This document shows, one piece after another, positions 60,001 to 64,000 of a stretch of 64,000 nt of DNA; within the stretch, counting starts at the first letter, position 1, and each line of letters starts with the position of its first letter. The translations under genes and the position numbers were made by a program. The notes under the pieces were generated by a model. The model had not been told where the DNA came from, did not search any database, and saw only the letters and a program-made list of their open reading frames with translations. Source of the DNA: Dehalococcoidia bacterium (GTDB lineage Bacteria; Chloroflexota; Dehalococcoidia; DSTF01; RBG-16-68-14); contig JBBEBM010000029.1 of the NCBI GenBank assembly GCA_040882355.1, forward strand, positions 62,001 through 126,000. Direction: 5' to 3'.

Positions 60001-60828
60001 GTGTCACGCTTCAGCCCGCGTCGTCTCCGCCATGCCTTGCGAGGGGCGCGCCCCTTGCCCGCGCCTCAGTATCTCTCAAACACCCCTGCGATCGCCTTCG
60101 ATCCGCCACCGAGCCCGTCGACGCTGGCCGAGGCCGCTGCCTCCTGCGAGGCGACCGCCGCGGTGCTCGACATCCTCGCGAAGCTGACGCCGAGCGAGCT
60201 GGGCGATGCGCAGATCGCTCGCTTTCGCTCGATACAGCAGCAGTTCGGCAGGTTCGCGCGCTTCGCAGACCTGACGACGGTGCTCTGGGCCTGCGCGACG
60301 CTCCTCCAGCCACAGAGCTACCTGGAGATAGGCGTGCGCAACGGTCGCAGCGCGGCCGTGGTGGGCGCGACGGCGCCCGATTGCGCGATCTACGGCTTCG
60401 ACCACTGGGTGCGCGAGTACTTCGCCGACCCGACGCTGGGCCCCGACTTCGTGCGGAGCGAGCTGCGCGCGGTCGGGCATCGAGGGCACGTCGAGCTGGT
60501 TGCAGGTGAGAGTCAGGAGTCGCTGCCCGAGTTCCTCAGCGAGCACCCCGACCTCTTCTTCGACCTGATCGCGATCGACGGGGACAAGACGCCCGCGGTC
60601 GTCGCGTCCGACTACGCGAACGCGCTGCCTCGCCTGAAGATCGGCGGCGTCATCGTCACAGACGACCTGGCGTTCGCGCCCGCGCTGATCCAGGTCTGGC
60701 AGGAGCTGGTCGGGCGGGACAGCCGCTACCTGAAGTGGCCGATGACGGGCGCGGGCGCTGTCACGCTGGCGATCCGCATCGGCGGCGACGTCCCTTGGGT
60801 GACGGCCTGGAGCGCCGGGCAGTCGTAG
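60001..60828 (+). CDS. Methyltransf_24-like SAM methyltransferase, copy 1
   Basis: YLEIGVRNGRS, GFD, IDGDK, GGVIVTDD. Confidence 0.85.
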   Translation: MSRFSPRRLRHALRGARPLPAPQYLSNTPAIAFDPPPSPSTLAEAAASCEATAAVLDILAKLTPSELGDAQIARFRSIQQQFGRFARFADLTTVLWACATLLQPQSYLEIGVRNGRSAAVVGATAPDCAIYGFDHWVREYFADPTLGPDFVRSELRAVGHRGHVELVAGESQESLPEFLSEHPDLFFDLIAIDGDKTPAVVASDYANALPRLKIGGVIVTDDLAFAPALIQVWQELVGRDSRYLKWPMTGAGAVTLAIRIGGDVPWVTAWSAGQS

Positions 60829-60893
60829 GCGATCCTGCGCCAAACCAACACCCTCCCGTTGTGGTAGACTAGGGCACTTCTGGCGACTGGAGG

Positions 60894-62072
60894 ATGGCGA
60901 CGATGCGCGCACTGTCGGCGGTTGTCTTCGGCGCTCTAGCCGCGAGCGCTCTCCTCCTGTTGTCCTGCAGCTCGGACGCTGATGAGCCCGGAGCGTCTAC
61001 GGGGCCGAGCCGGCCAAACGGTCTTGCGACACTGGCCGCCGTGCCGACCAGCCCTCCCGCGCCAACGCTCCCTCCCGCCCCGACGGTCACGCCCGATCCG
61101 CTCACGCCTCAGATGGGCGTCTACTTCATCAGCAAAGACGGCGCGACCTTGCGCCACATCGTCGAGGGCGACGTCTTCCACGCCGACCTCTCGCCGGACG
61201 GCACAGAGGTGGTCTACCAGCGCGACAACCAGGTGGTGGCGACCGACATTGCTTCCGGCACAACGAGGGTCATCGTGCCCCAGCCGGCGGACGGACAGGT
61301 CTATGGTCCCGCCTGGTCCGCTACGGGGCGGTACGTGAGCTATTACCTATACGGCGAAGACGGAACGAGAGAGGCACGGATCGTCCATCGCAATGGAACG
61401 GGATCGCGCCCATTGATTGCCGGCGGCCGGCTAGAGGTTGGGATCAAGGATTGGCTGCCAGACGACAGCGCCGCCATCGTCATTTCGAACCGTCCGGCAC
61501 CGTCCGCCCCAGCCGATCCCCGGCATTACCACATCCAGACGGTGACCGCGGATGGCATCGCTTCGCCGTCGCTCGCGACCTTCGAGCCGTGCGGTTGTGG
61601 CGGGGGTCCCGCATTCCAGGTATTGGCATCACCAGACGGGAAGCGATTCGCCTACTCGGACGAAACTGGCGGGGTGTTCGTGGCCAACATCGACGGCACA
61701 GACCTCCGCGACGTCACGCAGACCAAGCAGGGAGACCTCATGGGCTGGGTCGATGACCAGACTCTGGCGTTTCGAGCGTTCAGAGAGGGCGAGGCTGCGC
61801 CCTTCGGCTCTGCATATCGCCTGGACTTGACCAGCGGCACGGCCACGCCGGCCCGCCTGTCGCTAGCCGTGGCGCCGGACGGTAGCGCGGTGAAGGACTT
61901 CCTGTGGCGCTGCGCTGTGCCGAGCTGGCTCTTTTTCCAGACTCCGGACGGCAGTGAAAGAGAAATGTTGCGGGGGCGCATCCCCGGCGAATGGTGGCTG
62001 AGCGACGCCGAGTGGCTGCCGGACGGCAGCGGCCTGGTCTTCACTGTGACGCGCCACGACGTCTGCGTCTAG
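60894..62072 (+). CDS. TolB-like beta-propeller lipoprotein
   Basis: LLSC lipobox; SPDG, WS, WLPDG repeats. Confidence 0.75.
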   Translation: MATMRALSAVVFGALAASALLLLSCSSDADEPGASTGPSRPNGLATLAAVPTSPPAPTLPPAPTVTPDPLTPQMGVYFISKDGATLRHIVEGDVFHADLSPDGTEVVYQRDNQVVATDIASGTTRVIVPQPADGQVYGPAWSATGRYVSYYLYGEDGTREARIVHRNGTGSRPLIAGGRLEVGIKDWLPDDSAAIVISNRPAPSAPADPRHYHIQTVTADGIASPSLATFEPCGCGGGPAFQVLASPDGKRFAYSDETGGVFVANIDGTDLRDVTQTKQGDLMGWVDDQTLAFRAFREGEAAPFGSAYRLDLTSGTATPARLSLAVAPDGSAVKDFLWRCAVPSWLFFQTPDGSEREMLRGRIPGEWWLSDAEWLPDGSGLVFTVTRHDVCV

Positions 62073-62112
62073 CGCCCTGCCTCACCCATCGCGCCGCTAT
62101 ACTCCTGGTAGC

Positions 62113-62933
62113 ATGTCACGGTTCAGCCCGCGTCGATTTCGTCACGCGATGCAGCGGCGGCGCCCGCTGCCGGAGCCCGCGTACCGGCCGGGCACGCCCC
62201 GACCGGCGGCGCGACCCTGACGCCGGCGACGCTGAGCGAGGCTGGCATGTCGCCGGAGGCGGTGGCGTTCGTTAGCGACCTGGTAGGCAAGCTGACGCCG
62301 AGCGAGGAGACGGCGGCGCTGCAGGCGTTCTATCGAGGCCTCCAGGAGCAGTTCGGCGCATACCTGCGCTACGCCGACCTGAACACGGTGCTCTGGGGGG
62401 CCGCCACCCTGATCAAGCCGAAGAGCTACCTGGAGATCGGCGTGAGACGCGGGCGCAGCGCGGCCGTCGTCGCGGCGCTGCGCCCGGACTGCGCCATCCA
62501 CGGCTTCGACCTGTGGCAGGAGGTCTACTTCGCCGACCCGAACCTGGGGCCCGATTTCGTTCGCGACGAGCTGCGGCGCGCCGGCCACCGGGGCGCTGTC
62601 GAGCTGGTCTCGGGGAGCAGCGCGGAGACGGTGCCCGCATTCCTGCGCGAGCACCCCGACCTCTACTTCGACATCGTCACGATCGACGGGGCGAAGGCGT
62701 TCGACATCGTCGCGAGCGACTACGCGAACACGCTGCCCCGCGTGAAGGTGGGGGGCATCGTCATCACGGACGACCTGGCGTACGCGCCGGCGCTCGGCCG
62801 CATCTGGCACGAGCTGGTCGGGCGGAGCGGGCGCTTCATCGCCGCGCCGTTCTCGGGCGCGGGCGGCGTCTCGGCGGCGATACGATTCGCGGACGAGCCG
62901 TGGCAGAGCACGCTGCGCAGCGTCGCCGACTGA
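62113..62933 (+). CDS. Methyltransf_24-like methyltransferase, copy 2 (frameshift near 62200; intact from 62247)
   Basis: MSRFSPRR start matches copy 1 but is out of frame with the YLEIGVRRGRS core. Confidence 0.75.
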
Positions 62934-62938
62934 CGATC

Positions 62939-63442
62939 GTGGACGAGGGCAGCCGAAGGCAGCTCGAAGCCGCGCTCGCGGCGAACCGCGAGGCGCTGCT
63001 GGCGATCGTGTCGCAGGTCGACGAGGGGGCGCTCTCGCTGCCCACACGCAACGCGGAGTGGTCGGTGCGAGACGTCATCGGCCATGTGCTCGCCTCGGAC
63101 GCGGACCTGATCGCGCTGCTGGAGGCGGCGGGCCAGACGGGGGCCACTTCGGTCGAGGGTGGCAGCCACGAGGAGCACCAGCTGGGGATGGCGGGCTGGT
63201 CGGACGCGACGCCGGACGCGCTGGTCGACGCGTTGCGCGAGAGGAGCGAACGCTGGCGAGCGCTGCTCGCTTCGCTGCCCGACGAGGCGTGGGCCCTGCC
63301 GTCGCAGGCGTGGTGGACGCCCGCCGCGAGGGCGCTGGCCGAGATCGTCGATGACTATCGAACGCACGACGCGGAGCACGGAGAGGACGTGAAGCTCGCG
63401 CTTGAGGGCGCTCGCCGCGAGAGCGCGCCAGCCGACCTGTAA
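62939..63442 (+). CDS. DinB/MDMPI N-terminal domain protein
   Basis: PTRNAEWSVRDVIGH, HDAEHGED. Confidence 0.8.
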   Translation: MDEGSRRQLEAALAANREALLAIVSQVDEGALSLPTRNAEWSVRDVIGHVLASDADLIALLEAAGQTGATSVEGGSHEEHQLGMAGWSDATPDALVDALRERSERWRALLASLPDEAWALPSQAWWTPAARALAEIVDDYRTHDAEHGEDVKLALEGARRESAPADL

Positions 63443-63519
63443 CTTCTACCACCCTTTGCCGTTTAGGGATGCAGAAGGGGAGATGAGGTGAGGCGGGGCA
63501 CCCCCGAGTCACCCCTTCG

Positions 63520-63552
63520 CGAGACGCCCCGATCCGTCGGGGCGTCTCTTTG
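63520..63552 (+). terminator. Intrinsic terminator-like hairpin
   Basis: GAGACGCCCCGA-TCCG-TCGGGGCGTCTC-TTT. Confidence 0.7.
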
Positions 63553-63828
63553 TGCGCGGAGGGCCGGTCTCAGGAAGCACAGCTTGCCGGCGGCAAACCC
63601 AAGCAGGTGCTGAAAAGCTGAACGAGCCCAAGAACAATGTCATTCGTTCCCACCCACCCGCCCAGTTGTGTTTGGGTGAGTCTGGGGGGACACCCCCCAG
63701 ACCCCCGGCATGGGGCGCTGCCCCCTGCACCCCCGTTTTTTCAGCAGCCGTAGACGCGTCCCCTGCGCCGGCCTTCGATATTGTGCGCGCCCTACCGATG
63801 GCCACTCCCGCCCGCTACACTGCTCGCG

Positions 63829-64000
63829 ATGGTGCTGCGGCCTGTTTCGCTGGAAGACGATGACCGGTTCCAGTCGGTGCGACGCCGGCTGGAGGAGCGC
63901 GAGCGGCGACTCTCGCCGTACGCGGCGCGCAGCTTCGAGAGCCGCGGCCGCGAACGGGCGCTGACGTCTTCGCTGCTGCGCACGGAGTTCCAGCGGGACC
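63829..64000 (+). CDS. dgt: dGTP triphosphohydrolase N-terminus (truncated by window end)
   Basis: LSPYAARS..SRGR..RTEFQRD; start uncertain. Confidence 0.75.
   Translation, partial: MVLRPVSLEDDDRFQSVRRRLEERERRLSPYAARSFESRGRERALTSSLLRTEFQRD

Overview
High-GC bacterial chromosomal segment with one 10-N assembly gap at 3323-3332. Gene content is consistent with a Chloroflexota/Dehalococcoidia-like organism (inference). Housekeeping genes (dtd, icd, mdh, split fumarase, rtcB, pcrA, SRAP, msrB, yifB/comM, dgt) are interleaved with a type III-like R-M pair, catabolic genes, two STAND-type signalling proteins and many palindromic or heptameric repeats. The most notable structures are: (1) a translationally coupled array of three alpha/beta-hydrolase-cyclase genes with near-constant cyclase halves (197 bp identical between two copies) and divergent sensor halves; (2) two orphan 3' gene ends (icd and enoyl-CoA hydratase), diverged mainly at synonymous sites, each lying behind an inserted gene; (3) GTAG-type REPs whose ends supply the stop codons of several genes; (4) inverted heptamer arrays around rtcB/M50; (5) candidate LuxR operators and sRNAs. 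No rRNA, tRNA, CRISPR array, integrase or transposase was seen. All calls come from reading the sequence; no database searches were run.
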